NCBI GenBank assembly: GCA_009777335.1
Contig: WRMC01000010.1
Span: forward strand, 31,890-95,889
Origin: Treponema sp.
GTDB taxonomy: Bacteria; Spirochaetota; Spirochaetia; Treponematales; Breznakiellaceae
Direction of reading: 5' to 3'
Length of the DNA stretch: 64,000 nucleotides
The position numbers and the translations under genes are program-made. A model generated the notes under the pieces. It saw only the letters and a program-made list of their open reading frames with translations, searched no databases and had not been told where the DNA came from. Positions 62,243 to 64,000 of the stretch are shown in pieces. How positions within the stretch are numbered: position 1 is the first letter of the stretch; every line of letters begins with the position of its first letter.

Positions 62243-64000
62243 ATGAAAGGAATAGAGCTGGCCAAGGCCTATGATCCCCGGGGATTCGAAGACAGAATTT
62301 ACAAGGAATGGAACGAATCTGGGGCCTTTAAACCAGAACATGCTCCCCAAGGCAAAGCTCCCTATGTCATAACCATCCCGCCTCCCAATGTGACGGGAGT
62401 CCTCCATCTGGGTCATGGGCTGGTGGTTTCGATTATCGATACGGTCATCCGCTACCACCGCATGAAGGGAGAACCTGCCCTCTGGGTTCCCGGCACCGAC
62501 CATGCGGGGATCGCGACCCAGCACGTGGTAGAAAAGATGCTCCTGGCCCAGGGGAAGTCCCGGGAATCCCTGGGGCGGGAAAAATTCCTTGAAGAAACCT
62601 GGAAGGTAAAAGAAGACCACCATAAAACCATCTCCATGCAGCTAAAGCGGGTAGGGGCCTCTGTGGACTGGGACCGGGAACGCTTCACCATGGATGAGGG
62701 CCTCAGCCGGGCGGTCCGGGAGACCTTCGTCAGCCTCTATGAGCGGGACCTCCTCTATAAGGGCCATTACCTGGTTAACTGGTGCTGCCAGTGCAGGACC
62801 GCCCTTTCCGACGACGAGGTGGAGCATATAGAGAAGCCCGGCAAGATGTACCGCATCCGTTACCCCTATGCCGATGGTTCAGGCTCCATAGAACTGGCCA
62901 CCACCAGGCCCGAAACCATGCTGGGGGACTCTGCGGTGGCGGTCCACCCCGATGACCCCCGGTATAAAGCTTCGGCGGGTAAAAAGCTTATCCTGCCCCT
63001 GGCGGGGAGGGAGATCCCCCTCATTTCTGATTCCTACGTTGATCCGGCCTTTGGGACCGGGGCCCTCAAGGTTACCCCCGCCCATGACCCCAAGGACTGG
63101 GAACTGGGGCGCCGTCACAATTTACCGGAGATAAACATCCTCGAGAGCGACGGCCGCCTAAACAGCGAGGTTCCTCCTGCCTACCAGGGCCTGGGGCTCG
63201 CCGAAGCCCGCATCCGCATTATCGAAGATTTAAAGGCCGGTGGGTATTATGCCGGCGAAGAAGAGATGGTCCATTCGGTGGGCCACTGCTACCGCTGCGG
63301 CTCGGTGATCGAACCCTACCTTTCTGAGCAGTGGTTTGTAAAGATGAAACCCCTGGCAGAAAAGGCCTTAGCTTCCTGGAAGCGGGGGGAGATTATTTTC
63401 TACCCAAAAAAATGGGAACAGACCTATGAACGCTGGCTTGTGAACATCCGGGACTGGTGCATTAGCCGCCAGCTCTGGTGGGGCCACCGTATCCCCGCCT
63501 GGTACTGCCAGGACTGCTCAAAAATTTCGGTGTCCCGGACGGATGTCCAGACCTGTCTTCACTGCGGCTCCAAAAACATAGCCCAGGACCCCGATGTCCT
63601 GGACACCTGGTTTTCTAGCTGGCTCTGGCCCTTTAGTGTCTTTAGCTGGGAAAACGAATCCTGCGAAACCCCGGATTTCCAGACCTACTACCCCACCACC
63701 GCCCTGGTGACCGCCTACGACATCATCTTTTTTTGGGTGGCCCGGATGATCATGGCGGGCCTGGAGTTCACCGGAAAGGCCCCCTTTAGGGATGTATACA
63801 TCCATCAGCTCATCCGGGACAAGCAGGGCCGCAAGATGAGTAAATCCCTGGGGAATGGTATAGACCCCCTGGAAATTGTGGATGAATACGGTGCGGATGC
63901 CCTCAAGTTTACCCTGGCCTACCTCTGCGCCCAGGGTCAGGACATTCTGATGGATAAGGAATCCTTTAAGCTGGGTTCCCGGTTTGCCAACAAGATCTGG
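62243..64000 (+). CDS. valS: valyl-tRNA synthetase (3' end outside the window; absent from the ORF track because no stop is reached)
   Basis: I hand-translated from the ATG at 62243: MKGIELAKAYDPRGFEDRIYKEWNESGAFKP...PPPNVTGVLHLGHG (HIGH motif). KMSKS is in frame at 63833-63847. The frame is open to base 64000. Confidence 0.9.
   Translation, partial: MKGIELAKAYDPRGFEDRIYKEWNESGAFKPEHAPQGKAPYVITIPPPNVTGVLHLGHGLVVSIIDTVIRYHRMKGEPALWVPGTDHAGIATQHVVEKMLLAQGKSRESLGREKFLEETWKVKEDHHKTISMQLKRVGASVDWDRERFTMDEGLSRAVRETFVSLYERDLLYKGHYLVNWCCQCRTALSDDEVEHIEKPGKMYRIRYPYADGSGSIELATTRPETMLGDSAVAVHPDDPRYKASAGKKLILPLAGREIPLISDSYVDPAFGTGALKVTPAHDPKDWELGRRHNLPEINILESDGRLNSEVPPAYQGLGLAEARIRIIEDLKAGGYYAGEEEMVHSVGHCYRCGSVIEPYLSEQWFVKMKPLAEKALASWKRGEIIFYPKKWEQTYERWLVNIRDWCISRQLWWGHRIPAWYCQDCSKISVSRTDVQTCLHCGSKNIAQDPDVLDTWFSSWLWPFSVFSWENESCETPDFQTYYPTTALVTAYDIIFFWVARMIMAGLEFTGKAPFRDVYIHQLIRDKQGRKMSKSLGNGIDPLEIVDEYGADALKFTLAYLCAQGQDILMDKESFKLGSRFANKIW

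Noticed and set aside
1-64000. A search for CRISPR arrays, tRNA, rRNA or tmRNA genes, IS elements or transposases, integrases, and long tandem or inverted DNA repeats.
   Set aside because: The longest non-coding gap is about 155 nt. No repeat-spacer periodicity, cloverleaf-sized conserved segment, transposase or integrase motif was seen. The similarity among the four kinase genes is at diverged-paralog level, not recent duplication.

Overview
This is a 64-kb, very tightly packed chromosomal window. No intergenic gap exceeds about 155 nt. I recognised no rRNA, tRNA, CRISPR array, IS element, integrase or prophage gene. I support about 55 CDS, two of them cut by the window edges: a PPDK-family gene at the 5' end, and valS at the 3' end. 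valS is missing from the ORF track because it has no stop codon inside the window.

Gene content suggests a spirochaete, possibly a free-living or gut Treponema relative. This is inference only. The supporting genes are PPDK, Pta, FapA/DUF342, a SPOR protein, a periplasmic FKBP pair, a stand-alone EF-G paralog, FolE2, YajC-SecD-SecF and many TPR proteins.

Most of the window is housekeeping: pta, aroDE, fusA paralog, cca, pdxY, folD-folE2, miaB, argR, pgi, nth, carD, yajC-secDF, ispH and valS.

Regions worth a second look:
1. 13.8-27.3 kb: a head-to-tail array of four paralogous HK-REC-Hpt hybrid kinases. Each has a different sensor module, a D-less pseudo-receiver insert and a conserved post-Hpt tail. 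The array also holds one CheY-like receiver and a translationally coupled LivJ-like binding protein, but no DNA-binding output.
2. 9.5-13.8 kb: a duplicated CPIC...C.(F/P)H cysteine-motif protein, translationally coupled to an asymmetric heterodimeric ABC exporter.
3. 2.1-3.1 kb: a self-contained two-gene orphan cassette with its own strong promoter and a bidirectional terminator.
4. 4.9-5.14 kb: a TPR gene whose repeat-like coding sequence continues 77 codons upstream of any ATG/GTG/TTG, up to the in-frame TAG stop of pta.

Smaller oddities: a tandem NDK-domain protein, a signal-peptide nitroreductase, a structured repeat element in front of folD-folE2, and stop-codon-sharing convergent gene pairs. 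All functional calls come from motif recognition by eye; no database search was run.
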